Shown here in pieces: positions 27,961 to 40,465 of a stretch of 64,000 nucleotides of DNA; the first letter of the stretch is position 1; each line of letters opens with the position of its first letter. This stretch comes from Octopus sinensis (lineage: Eukaryota), in contig NC_042998.1 in NCBI RefSeq assembly GCF_006345805.1, positions 90,272,001-90,336,000 of the forward strand, given 5' to 3'. The position numbers and the translations under genes were made by a program. The notes under the pieces were generated by a model. It was not told where the DNA came from. It ran no database searches and saw only the letters and a list, made by a program, of their open reading frames with translations.

Positions 27961-28822
27961 GTTTTGTTTGTTTGTTTTTCCATATTAGTTATGTGTGACC
28001 GAGAGAAAAACAGCTTCACCGAACCCTAGCATGGGCAAAATCTAATAACTGAAACTGAAAACTCATAAGGATTTCTGGAATTGAGGGTGGTATAATGAAT
28101 GTAGAGATGTGGTGGGTGAAAGCTGCGGTGAATAGATTGGGGTAGGAGAAAAGATTAGAGACACGGGTAGGCAAGATCTACATAAAGAAGCTCAACTGAC
28201 CTCAGCTGACCTCAGTTCTTGACTAGTTTATATAAATACTTAATTAATTTTGAGTCACCCTCTATATCTGTATGTGGAGGCGCAATGGCCCCGTATTTAC
28301 GGCAGCGGACTCGCGGTCGGAGGATTGCGGTTTCGATTCCCAGACAGGGCGTTGTGTGTGTTTATTGAGCGAAAACACCTAAAGCTACACGAGGCTCCGG
28401 CAGGGGTGGTGGCGACCCCTGTTGTACTCTTTCGCCCCAATATTCTCTCACTCTTTCTTCCTGTTTCTTGAGTAACGCTGCGATGGACTGGCGTCCCGCC
28501 CAGCTGGAGGGGAATGCAAACGCCACAGAAACCGGGAAACCGGGCCCATGAGCCTGGCTAGGCTTGAAAAGGGCGCATAAATAAAAAATATATATATATG
28601 TATGCGAGCATCTTTATATTTGCCTCCTGTAACAAGATAACCGGTATTGATTTGTTTACATCGTTCGGCAAAGAGAGATAGAATGGGTACCGGTCTTTAA
28701 ATAACTACTGGGATCGATTTTATGGTCTGAAAACTTCAAGGGGGGGGGGCTAAGACAAAGGGTGCGAGGCATGTGTGTGAACGTGTAAGGGTAAGACCAT
28801 ATTTGTGTTTGTGTGTACGTAT

Positions 28823-28868
<46 letters not shown>

Positions 28869-29511
28869 GTAAATATATATATATTTAGATATATGCGACC
28901 GTATGCATAAGTCTGCATGTATGCATACATGTATGTATCTGCATGTATGCATACAAGTGTCTGCATGTATGCATACATGCAGACACAGCTATCAGTTTGA
29001 GTGTGGTTTCAAACAGTTGCGTGTGTATGTTATGGATAGACTGCACAGAATTATACGTTTGAATGTATGTGTGTATGTGTGTGTGCGCACATGTTGTATG
29101 TGTAATGCCCGTTTGAGCAACGACTATATATTTACAGCTTTGTGCAAGTACACAAGGATAAGTTTTTGTGAGTGGATGTGAGAAAGAGAGAGAGAATGAG
29201 AGAGAGAAAGAAAGAAAGTGTGTGTGTGTATTGAAATGAGTGTGTACGTGAAAGAGTAAGACCATCTTTGTATTTGTGTGTATGTATGTATGCGTGTGCA
29301 TATGAGAGTCAAAATGTTTTTGTGAATGGATGTGTGGGAGAGAGAAAGAGAGAGAATGTGTGTGTGCGCGCGTGTGTGTGTGTGTATGCGTGTGTGCGTG
29401 AGAAAAAAGCGAGTGTTAGTATGTGTCTGTGTATGTGCGTGTGTGTGTGTGTGTATGTGCGTGCGTGTGTGTGTATGTGCGTGTGTGTGTATGTGCGTGT
29501 GTGTGTGTGTG

Positions 29512-29608
<97 letters not shown>

Positions 29609-29791
29609 GCGCGCGCGTGTTTGTGTGTGCTCAAGTTTCGATAGATGCCGAAGTTGACAAACATGATTACCTGCAATGGGAAAATGGATCTACAAAGGTA
29701 AACAAATCAGTGAAGACGCTCTAGAAGGTTTATATTATATGACACAACTTGCTAACAGAACCAACCCTTTCACACACACACGGATACACAC

Positions 29792-29942
29792 CTACCACAG
29801 AGCATAATAAAACAAAAAGAAGCAGGTAACTAAAAATAGCACTTCATTTCCGGTTAAACGTTTTTCCTTCTATCTCCTTTCGACAACTTTGTTAAATTTG
29901 AATTATTCGCTTTTTTTTTCAACACAGTGCTGTCAGATTTAG
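29792..29942 (-). CDS. Candidate terminal exon of gene B; as assembled it stops at 29854 (TKSDSTVLKKKANNSNLTKLSKGDRRKNV*), with a hydrophobic tail LTGNEVLFLVTCFFLFYYALW* in another frame
   Basis: CATCAG acceptor (weak) in phase 1. One extra A in the A5 run would put a GPI-like tail in frame. Could instead be 5'UTR sequence of gene A. Confidence 0.35.
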
Positions 29943-30055
29943 CTGATGTTAAACTTTAGATCTACTTTTTAATGCTTACAAACATTTGTTGACACTAAAT
30001 GATTGCAAACTATGTATACGAATGTGTCTTTATATGTGTGTCTATGTGTGTGTGT

Positions 30056-30090
<35 letters not shown>

Positions 30091-30189
30091 ACACACACAC
30101 ACACATATATATATGTGCGTGTGTGTGTGTGTGTGTGTATAAGCACACATTCGTATACGCAACATGCAATCGTTTACACACACACAAAT

Positions 30190-30907
30190 ATACCTCCGAG
30201 ACATCAGACTCAGTAATGACACACCGGTCTCACGCCATTTCCGCTCTACCGGTTATTCACTATCTTTGCACAGGGGCCATCCGGACTCCCGCCTTCGCTG
30301 TGAACAAAAATTAACCTTCTCTCTTGGCTCCTTTGCTCCATATGGGCTCAACTCAACTCCTCTCCTCTCTTCATCTGACTCCTCTCTTCTCTTCAACTGA
30401 CACCTACTTCCTCTCTTCACTCCTACCCACCTCATCTCTTCACTGATACCAACCCCACCCTACACCCACCACACACACCTTCCTACCCTACCCTTATACA
30501 CCCCACACCATCATCCAGACACCCACACACCATCCTCCACGCACTCACACACGTCAGAGTCACTAGCCCCTATTCACACACACACACACTTACACATTCA
30601 CACACACCATTCTCACATACACATTCGCACGCGCACCTTCATTTGGGATCACCAGCACTTTATTATCTCCCTTTCTTTCAACCCCATCTTTCAAACTTGT
30701 TTTTTCTAATCATTCGCCATGCTTGACCGCTAAATCTACAAGTTTCTTTTCATTCTCTCTCTCTGTTTATTTTCTCTTATTCCTTTCTGCTGAAAGGCGT
30801 AGGTTCGAAACGTAAAAGAATTTTTCATTTTCCCGAGCGTCAAACTAATACACCTGCTTGTTGTTCATACATCTGTCTTCGTCTTTTGTTTTTCTATAAA
30901 TTTCAAC
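30190..30907 (+). mobile_element. Penelope-like 3' fragment (GIY-YIG C-terminus plus degenerate hammerhead)
   Basis: LRDIR...PVSRHF and EQKL.F.LGS..PYGLN, followed by CTGCTGA...GAAACGTA at about 30787-30814. The 3' end is shared with about 13830-13985. Confidence 0.65.
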
Positions 30908-30926
30908 TATATATATATAATATATA

Positions 30927-31014
<88 letters not shown>

Positions 31015-31062
31015 TTATATACATATATATATATATACATATATATATACATATATATATAC

Positions 31063-31113
<51 letters not shown>

Positions 31114-31137
31114 TATATATATATACAATATATATAT

Positions 31138-31176
<39 letters not shown>

Positions 31177-31240
31177 CTATATATATATATATATGAATAT
31201 ATATATATAATATATATATATATAGATATATATATATATA

Positions 31241-31637
31241 TCTTTATATATAAAAGTGAGGTTGTGTGCTGTCTGTCTCCTACGATTTAGATTCCTAACT
31301 ACTCCCACATTTTGCGGTGCAGTTTAACCAAAACCGGGTATCTTATAGTCGTGATTCATATCGAGCCCTTCTGGGTATTAGCGCGCGTCTACGATGAGTC
31401 TACAAATTAAAAAAGATTTACCATCAATTTTTCCCATTTTTAATCCATTTTTGGCATATATATGGGAAGTAACTCTCTAAAACTTTATCATTAAATTTCA
31501 GAACGTAAAAAGCTACAGTAACACCTCCCCCCCTTTGTGGTTAGCCATATTGAGATGGCTATTATACTTTACATCTCTAAAAATGCTTATATAGTTATTT
31601 CCCTTACAAACCCGAGCAACGCCGGGCGATACTGCTA

Positions 31638-31639
<2 letters not shown>
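31241..31639 (+). mobile_element. Non-autonomous Helitron
   Basis: TC start, 3' hairpin then CTAG-T; homologous to 5708-6220. Confidence 0.8.
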
Positions 31640-31683
<44 letters not shown>

Positions 31684-31848
31684 GAGGGTACTATTATTCA
31701 TAGGTACCGCACGCTAGGAGGGACTTTTGCAGTCAAAACTACTAAAATAAACAAATTGTACCGAATGCAAAACTTCAAAGCAAGTCATTTAAAAACAGAA
31801 TTTTGTCGGGTTTGTAATGTTGTGTTTTTTCTTATATGTCTTGAGTTC

Positions 31849-31912
31849 GTTGCACTGAAGAGCATAGAATGCACATTCTCCATTGATTGCGAAATCACAG
31901 GTGATATGTAAC
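31849..31912 (+). ncRNA. Type I hammerhead ribozyme motif, copy 1
   Basis: Stem I GTTGCA/TGTAAC; core CTGAAGA; stem II GCA/TGC; GAAA; stem III ATCAC-AG-GTGAT; AUA cleavage site after 31906. Confidence 0.75.
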
Positions 31913-32147
31913 TAAATTCTGTTTTTAAATGACTTGCTTTGAAGTTTTGCATTCGGTACAATTTGTTTATTTTAGTAGTTTTGACTGCAAAAGTCCCTCC
32001 TAGCGTGCGGTACCTATGAATAATAGTACCCTCTATATAATATAAATAAATATTTTCAAAGTTGAAAAAAATTAACAGATTTTTTCTCTTACGCGGTTTT
32101 TCACGCTAACTACTGATAATTTCTTATAAAGATTTTATCCTTAATTT

Positions 32148-32218
<71 letters not shown>

Positions 32219-32392
32219 TATTATATAGAGGGTACTATTATTCATAGGTACCGCACGCTAGGAGGGACTTTTGCAGTCAAAACTACTAAAATAAACAAAT
32301 TGTACCGAATGCAAAACTTCAAAGCAAGTCATTTAAAAACAGAATTTTGTCGGGTTTGTAATGTTGTGTTTTTTCTTATATGTCTTGAGTTC

Positions 32393-32456
32393 GTTGCACT
32401 GAAGAGCATAGAATGCACATTCTCCATTGATTGCGAAATCACAGGTGATATGTAAC
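32393..32456 (+). ncRNA. Type I hammerhead ribozyme motif, copy 2 (544 bp downstream)
   Basis: Identical by eye to 31849-31912. Confidence 0.75.
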
Positions 32457-32700
32457 TAAATTCTGTTTTTAAATGACTTGCTTTGAAGTTTTGCATTCGG
32501 TACAATTTGTTTATTTTAGTAGTTTTGACTGCAAAAGTCCCTCCTAGCGTGCGGTACCTATGAATAATAGTACCCTCTATATAATATAAATAAATATTTT
32601 CAAAGTTGAAAAAAATTAACAGATTTTTTCTCTTACGCGGTTTTTCACGCTAACTACTGATAATTTCTTATAAAGATTTTATCCTTAATTTTAAATATAT

Positions 32701-32747
<47 letters not shown>

Positions 32748-33005
32748 GGGGAGATCGCTTAGCTCTTCTTAACTGATAATTCGAAATCGAATCCACACAC
32801 CTGATTCTCTGAGTTGTATCTCCACACCTGACATCCGAACACCGTCGGTCATCCTGGAAAGATCAATCCATTGTTTTAGATTTGACCTGCATCCTAACCG
32901 GACCTTATAACTGACTGAAAGCTTTGCTTCTCTCTCTGGTTTCCAACCGGCTAAATGAGAGCATATCGCACTCTTCGGTTAGCGGCCGGTTAACCGAAAG
33001 CACAG

Positions 33006-33330
33006 TGAGGGCGCGTGGCTTAGTGGTTAGGGCATTCGGCTCATGATCGTAAGGTTGTGAGTTCGATTCCCAGCGACGCGTTGTGTCCCTGAGCAAGACA
33101 CTTTATTTCACGTTGCTCCAGTCCACTCAGCTGGCAAAAATGAGTTGTACTTGTATTTCAAAGGCTCAGCCTTGTCACTCTCTGTGTCACGCTGATTTTC
33201 CCCGAGAACTACGTTAAGGGTACACGTGTCTGTGGAATGCTCAGCCATTTGCACGTTAATTTCACGAGCAAGCTGTTCCGTTGATCGTATCAGCTGGGAC
33301 CCTCGTCGTCGTAACCGGCGGAGTCAAAGA
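33006..33330 (+). mobile_element. tRNA-derived SINE family 3; related copies at about 3655-3980 and 28275-28590
   Basis: A-box TGGCTTAGTGG, B-box GAGTTCGATTCC, then gtgtccctgagcaagacact. Confidence 0.8.
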
Positions 33331-34053
33331 ACCGAAAGCACATCACCGACCAAATGGAAAGGGACAATGTAATTCTTACTCTTTCTATCTCTTTATCAGC
33401 AGACCGTATGAGCAACACATTGTGCCATTGTCACTTATTTACAATTACTGCTATGTCTGTGTTACTAACCACTACCGGTAAATAAATCTATGAATATTAT
33501 TCTTTTCGCTTCGATGTTGTTATTACGCTGTCTCATCCTACTTTCGCCCATTTACATATTGAGACCCCGACGTGGAGCAAGAATCGCTATTTCTACATCG
33601 AGTAACGTTTTATCTGTACCCTACGACTGGCAACTCCAACGTGAGAACCATACATCTGTAGATTACATTTGGTGAGCCACACATTCGTACGTCACATCTG
33701 GTAACTTCGACGTAAGAAGTATATTTTACCATTACACACGCATATACGCACGCGAGCGAGCGCACACACACACACACGTGTGTGTATATAAATATATTAT
33801 GTGTGTATATACATATGTGTGTATATTGTATATATACATATATATATAAATATACATGACCGTATATATATTTGTATGTGTGTATGTATGTATATTTGTT
33901 TTGATATTTTTCATGAAGTTATATATAAAAACAATCAAAATTTAAACTGAAGGATCACTTAATATTTTTGGATCTAGTTTTTTTAGAAGAGTACATATTA
34001 GTTTTTACAAGGAAAAGGCTGACAGCAACTTCGAAGTTTCGGATATTTGCACA

Positions 34054-34126
<73 letters not shown>

Positions 34127-34258
34127 ACACATACACCCTTCTGTGTATCGTACTTAATTATGTATATACGACGTGAAAGGTAAATTTGCTGCGGTATTCG
34201 ACCTGAGATATCTCTTATGGACGCATGGACGTGCTGAATTTAAAAGCACAAGATGCCT

Positions 34259-34445
34259 CTAGGCCTTAAAAGCACAAGTGTTTGTCTCTAGGCCTTTCAG
34301 ACGCGTCCACCACACACGTTCTTTCGCCATAGTCATAAGTACGATGAAAATGGCTCTTCCTTCCCGTTTGAAGGAAGGAGGCGCGACAGTATTGATGATA
34401 GACTCGGCTGATAAACTGACTCGTCCACGAATGTGATGTTCCATA
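34259..34445 (-). mobile_element. Tx1/L1-like ORF2 C-terminal fragment
   Basis: Translation contains MAKERVWWTR, resembling the AK..IW..R motif of L1/Tx1 C-termini. Confidence 0.45.
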
Positions 34446-34658
34446 TACTTCTACAGTACACATATTACTTTAACATTTCATAATGCAATTCCTAATAATA
34501 TTTAATTATAAAAATATAACAGGATTTTTTAAACATCGAATCACTGTGAAGATTCACAAGAATAAAACAGGAATCAAAGTGCCCAGAGGCAAAAAAAATG
34601 GTTGAGAACCACTGATTTAAATAGTCATTTTATATCTATAATGTTGAAATCTACTTAC

Positions 34659-34709
34659 TTGATTTATCGGGAAACGGAAGCTCTTCAACAGTTTGATTAA
34701 GCTTGTCTC
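34659..34709 (-). CDS. Ly6/uPAR gene B, probable linker exon 4 (GDKLNQTVEELPFPDKS)
   Basis: Strong pyrimidine-rich ...TTCCACAG acceptor and GTAAGT donor; 51 nt, phase 1-1, open in frame with exon 3. Confidence 0.65.
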
Positions 34710-35429
34710 CTGTGGAAAAAAGATAGAAATACTGCTTCATACTGTTTGAAGAAACAATCAAACTATTATCAGTTTTAGATATGTTAAACAGCAGAGAAAT
34801 ATTTCAGACAAAAAGGTGATGTTGAAACATGAATTTATTAAAAACAATTATACTGATCATTATCATTAACAGGTTGGTAGAATCGTTAGCAAGTTACAGA
34901 AAATGCTTAGCAGCATGTTCTACGTTCTGGGGTTGTGTGTGAAAAGGTGAAAGGTTTGATGACAAGTACTTTCCTATCTCGCCAAGTTTTTCTCAATTCT
35001 TTCAAAAGTTACCATTTGATGAAGGTAAAGCTGTGTTACAACAGGCAGTATATGTATCACACTAAGTTGATGAGAGTGGCATTACTGTGAGGCTGTTGGT
35101 TTAGCTACTGATGTTGTTGCGGCGCTAAATAGAAGAGCGGTGTTGTTGTGTCTACTAATACAGATTGTTTGATTTGACTGGTAGTTGACAGGTCCGGCGG
35201 TGGATTGGGGGAGGATGCGAGGGGATTTTTGAGAGGGGCGTCGTTGGGCATAGAATAGCTAAGATATAGAAATTTATGAATAACATCTCAAAGTTTGGAA
35301 AGACTTCCGCCACCCACCCCCCATTTTCTCCCAAATTTGTTTATTTTTGTAAATTTTTTTTTGCCATAAATCCCCGTTTTCGGATACGGAGGTTCTGGGA
35401 AAATGCCAAAAATCGGCATTGGGAAATCC

Positions 35430-35800
35430 CCCCACTTACTCTGAGCACCTTTTCAAACTCCACCCGTCTAACACCCGTGGACATATTTACAAAGTCAGAA
35501 AACAGCACAGCTCTCATGACTTTAGGAAACATTTTTTCACACTGAGAGTTGCTGTAGCATGGAACGAACTGTCGGCATCAGTTGTTAGTTGTCGGTGCAC
35601 TGCATCCTTCAAAACTTCCATGCTTTCTGAGATTCGCCAACACTACACCTGATTTTCTCCCCTCCTTACACACACAAGCATGTATCTGACTCATACATTG
35701 TTCGCTTTCCAGACATTTGTACATTACTGTATATACTTTATACGCACTTTCTGACAAGATGTGGTGCACCTGAGCACTGTATACAATAATTTCATTATAT
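35430..35800 (+). mobile_element. CR1-like LINE 3' fragment
   Basis: ORF 35419..35652 with TRGH..K...FFT.RV..WN.L motif typical of the CR1 ORF2 C-terminus. Confidence 0.8.
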
Positions 35801-36124
35801 TATCAAACTGTATGGCAATAAACACAAAAAAAAACTAATGAATTAATGAAGTGCATAATAACAGAAACAAACATTACACCAAAAGTTTTTGTCACACCCA
35901 CAATCTCCCTGAATGCACACATACAAATCATTCAAAAAACACAAAACATATACGCACACTTAATAACCCAATTCCCACAAAAAAATCGGATATTTCCCAG
36001 GGAATATCACCAAGAGAATTCTTGGTGATTTACTGTGGGAAACACACCAAGCCAACTGGAAGGACGGGCAATCCGCCCTCCAACCAAAACCAAGGAAGTT
36101 TTCCTCTTCTTTTCTTTTCTTTTT

Positions 36125-36995
36125 ACGACAACATGGTCGTGTACAGAATAGGCAGCGTTAATGTATGTGCCTTGGAAGTGGAGTCACCTGTTCAACAACC
36201 TCAGGGTGACGTGGTGGCCGTTAGTAAAATCAGAATTTCTGACTCGCGGGATTTCCAACCTATTTTCGGTGACTATGAGGTGTACGCTTCTCCAAGTCGT
36301 CCGGGAGCGGGAGACGGAGTCGCCGTGATAGTTCAGAAAAATCTGAATCTTAAAATACGGATGATTTTCCTGGATCCGAAAGGTAAGTCGGTGGTCCTGG
36401 ATATGATAGACAGCGAAGGACATACTTTCGGGCTAATTGCTGTCTAGCCCCGACAGGGGCAGGACGACCAGATTTCTTCAGACATCTGGAAACTTTCCTG
36501 GGAACATCCCGCTCTTTAGTGTTAGTGGGTAATTGGAATGGAGTTTTAAATGTAAGGTGGAACTGTGTAGGTTTAGCAGATAGGAGAGGAGGGTGCAAAA
36601 GCCTCGCAAACCTGCTCAGACGATTCCAACTCTCTGACAGGTATCGACTGGACTTCCTGGATTTGCCAGTGTGGACCTGGTCAAACCGCATCGGCTCATC
36701 CAGATCATATCTATATAGGTTATTCTGCAGAGTAATAGATAAGGATAGCATAGGTTGTCCACAGTTTAAAGTAGTCGACTACACAGACCACAAATTCGTG
36801 ATCTGTACAGTCGACTTAGATAGACTTCATAGACAGAGACCAGGTTACTGGAAGCTGAACACGTCGTTGCCGGTGCGTAAATATTTCAGGAACCGGATTA
36901 GTGAACTAGTTAAGAGGGCGTTGACGGGAGCAATAATCAACAATAAATGGTGGTTCGCCCTGAAAAGGACGATTAGAATAGAGTCGGTAAGGTTT
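36125..36995 (+). mobile_element. Tx1/L1-like LINE ORF2 endonuclease fragment, degenerate
   Basis: Motifs GVAVI, VGNWN, WTW, DHK and GYWKLNTS across ORFs 35851..36447 and 36519..37052. Confidence 0.75.
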
Positions 36996-37079
36996 CATAA
37001 GCCTTCATTTTACGAAACCGCTATTTTACATGTATTCCCCGAAATAGCGTGATTGACTGATTCAATTTTATTAGTAAAT

Positions 37080-37122
<43 letters not shown>

Positions 37123-37749
37123 TGTGTGTGTGCTATCATACACTGTTCTATATTTGTTAGACGCCTTAAAAATGGAAATCCCCATTGTTTATGATTTGGG
37201 TTTTGTTTCTTTATTATTAATATTATGTAGCTTACAAGTCGTGCAATGCAGGAAGCAGCTTTAATCCATTTGCGTCCATTTTGTATGAAATGGTGGGTGA
37301 ACGTCCCTCAAGTATTGTAGGCACAGCAACAATGCCATTGAGATTGAACAAATTGAAAATTTGTCGATCTTTCTGAATGGGCCATCATCGATTTAAGGTA
37401 ATTTGTTGAGTAAAACCTTAAAAAGAGCTCTATAGAACTCATTTACTTTCAATGGGGAACACAAACACTTGTTCTTGGAATTTTAACTGAAGTAAGTTCT
37501 ACAACATTGCATTTTTCCCTCAATATTTTTCAATAGTTTGTATCTTGTATAGTGATGTATTCATTTTGTGTTATGAATGTTAGTAAATACATTGTTTTAA
37601 TGTTATCTGGATTGATCTTAAATTCTGAAATTACACTTCGTATATAACAACTGCCAATGACTATCAGGATAACTAGAGTTTTCTTATAAATAGTATGCGC
37701 TTATTCGAAGAGCAAAATAAAATTTTAAATATGCAACTCGTTTACTTAC

Positions 37750-37875
37750 CAATCGGTGCGCCATTACAGTTATCCTTGTTACAAAAACAAAATACATTAT
37801 CGCCATAAGAATAACAACCTGAGTCCGGGATATCTTTTGGTAGGCTATGAAGAGTTGAGCAGGAGCGAAAGTAAG
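37750..37875 (-). CDS. Ly6/uPAR gene B, coding exon 3 (TYFRSCSTLHSLPKDIPDSGCYSYGDNVFCFCNKDNCNGAPI)
   Basis: TTCTTCTAG acceptor and GTAAGT donor; 126 nt, phase 1-1. CFCxxDxCN LU terminus. Confidence 0.93.
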
Positions 37876-38782
37876 CTAGAAGAAAGATAATTAAATATCA
37901 AATTATTAACATTTCTTCGATAGAAAAGCAGTACAAAAACGACTTTTCAACAGCATATCTACATAGTATAAAACTAGCTTAATTTTATACGAATGACCTC
38001 CTCGTATATGAAAGTTTTCTCTCACTGTGATTCATTCATAAATTCATTACGAACAAATATTTTCATATCAAATCTTTTTTTTTTATTTACTTAAATATTC
38101 TTTCTGCTTTTATGAGATGTCATTGTAGTTTATTTGAATAAGATGTGACCAGTTCCTTCATCAGATGTTTATGTCAAAATGAGTAATTCATTAAGCCAGT
38201 GTATTATTGACTGCAGCTCAGAGCTATTTAAAGATACCTATAACACCTTATAAAACACAGGTGAAGAATACAAGTTGAAGAATGTGTGAATCTTGCAAGA
38301 TCTGAACAATTCATAAATTCGTAAGACAGATTCATGACAGCCTGTGTTCAATGAATTACCACTCAATCAACAATGGCATAATCATCTTTATTATAAAACA
38401 CTAGTTTTACGTTAAGAAGAGGAAAAACATACTCAGTGGCACTGAACTTTCTCTACTTTCAAGTGTTCAACTTTTATAAAGACGTTATGAAATTAATCTA
38501 AAATAAATTTAACAATTTGTGTGTTACAAAATAACTACAATGGCTCTTCCGCGATTTAATTACTTCAGTTTGAACACACGGCCTCTGATCAACTCACTTG
38601 CTACACAAGTACAGCTCTGAAATATCGAAGCAATAATTTCAAGAGGATGGCTGCAGTGTGCTGCTTTAAAACAAATGATGACAACTTCGCAACAATTTCT
38701 TCCTCAGAAACATTGAATCTCACATAAAATCTATGCTAAAACTATATAAATTGAAAAATAATCAAAGTCTTTTTTAATTTAC

Positions 38783-38938
38783 TTTCGGGATGTTCCGTGT
38801 TTGTTCTATAAATGCATATTCCGTTGCACTTGTTGACAGCTATATTCTTTACATAATCATTAATAGGACAGTTTTTGTTGTCTTTTTTGTTAGTCAAAAA
38901 CTTCGTTGAACACTCGTAACACAGCGTGGCTCCCATTT
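38783..38938 (-). CDS. Ly6/uPAR gene B, coding exon 2 (MGATLCYECSTKFLTNKKDNKNCPINDYVKNIAVNKCNGICIYRTNTEHPE)
   Basis: TATTTCAG acceptor and GTAAAT donor; 156 nt, phase 1-1. LCYEC start motif with 5 Cys; homologous to gene A exon 2. Confidence 0.92.
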
Positions 38939-39149
38939 CTGAAATATAAGACGGTTAAAAACTAACAATGACGTCAACGATTATGAAGACATACGATAAC
39001 GATTAAGGGGAAATGAGGATAATGCTTGAGATGGTTTTGTCATGTTCTTTTACAGATCAGTGACGTTCACGTAAGCGATACTCCGGATTGTGAGTGAGTG
39101 AGTGAGTGAGTGAGTGAATGAGTGAGTGAGTGAGTGAGCGAGCGAGCGA

Positions 39150-40195
39150 GTGAGATAAACACCACGTTGGCGTGGGTGATTGTACCCCCCAAGCAGTGGG
39201 TAAAAGACTTCAACGAGAGAACGGTGGTGTTGAGGACGTATTCCAAGTCTCTCGACACCATCACTGTGTTCTCTCAAATAGAAATTGAGAAAGAGTTTTG
39301 ATCCTGTGGACCCAACCAGCCAATGATCTGGTTTTTCCAGATTTTTTGAGGATGGTCGGTTCTAGGTATCCGGTGATTCTTGAGGGATCTCACCCCCACC
39401 CCGGTGTCACCTGTGCCTGGAACCGGGTCACATTAAGAAAAACTGACCAAGGTAAGGTCCTGGGGCAGTTAATAAAAGTAGCGCCCCCCCCCCGTTCCCC
39501 CGTTGGAGGGAGAGATGGAGGAAGACGAGGAGGTGGAGACCGGCATACCCTGAAACTTTGTCGGTGGGAAGTGTGCCACCGACAGAGGAAACTGTGGCCC
39601 CTCCCAGAGCGACGAGAGATGATTTTGTCATCTTCTTCCATAAGGGAGGGGCAATGCAGAGCTTCTTAAGGAAGCTAGAGGGCCGGAGGGAGGAGATCAT
39701 GCCCTGGACTGAAGACCCGGATTGGCCTCCGCAGGTGACTAAGGAGGTCATATCGGAACTCGATATGTTCAGAGTGATTGACTCCTTCCCGAAGGACCAG
39801 TTTAGGTTCGCCTTCTGGGGCCCCGACCTAGAGCTGGAGCATTGCCTACGGGAGGCATACAGCTTGGTCGGGGAGGAAGGATAAAGAGGCTTTAATGCCT
39901 AAAATGTTTATTGTATCTTATTGTTTGTAAGAGGCTCAGCGCCTCAATTTGTAATGGACTTTTAAGTCCAGTAATTGTAAGAAATGAGGTAAGAGGTTTA
40001 ATACCTCGTTATTTTTTTGTTTTGTTTTGTTGTTTTTTTTTTAAGAACAATGGTTTAGAGAAGCAGAAGATCGGCGGGCGTCTTTTGCTCCTCTCATTAA
40101 TATCATAATTTCGTTTATCATTTCATCTCATTAATGTAATGTCCAGCCCGCAGCTACATCTATGTAATGCCCTTGTGGCAAATAATATGAATAAA
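39150..40195 (+). mobile_element. Degenerate non-LTR retroelement remnant, possibly Tx1-like
   Basis: GC-richer island with broken ORFs (39298..39669, 39558..39884) followed by a T-rich 3' region. Confidence 0.4.
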
Positions 40196-40363
40196 AGTAG
40201 CTTGCTTATCAATCATATGTCTCCGGGTTCAGCCCCAATGCGTGGCACCTTGGGTAAGTGTTTTCTGCTATAGCCTCGGGCTGACCAAGGCCTTGTGAGT
40301 GGATTTGGTTGGCGGAAACTGAAAGAAGCCCGTTGTTTTTATATATATATATATATGTATGTA

Positions 40364-40429
<66 letters not shown>

Positions 40430-40434
40430 GTGTG

Positions 40435-40465
<31 letters not shown>

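Larger units (their letters stand above)
31677..32695. repeat. Tandem duplication (544-bp period) of a foldback unit with about 127-bp perfect inverted arms
   Basis: 31677-31803 is the reverse complement of 31914-32040. The unit is repeated from 32221, separated by (TA)n. Confidence 0.95.

Noticed and set aside
37385-37416. Possible short last exon of gene B (GFTQQITLNR*)
   Set aside because: Weak AAG acceptor; the exon at 34659-34709 has better splice signals. Cannot be fully excluded without RNA data.
17142-37750. Single two-domain uPAR-like gene joining gene B exon 3 to gene A exon 2
   Set aside because: It is phase-compatible, but a separate signal-peptide exon at 26305-26374 supports two genes. 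Read-through splicing remains possible.
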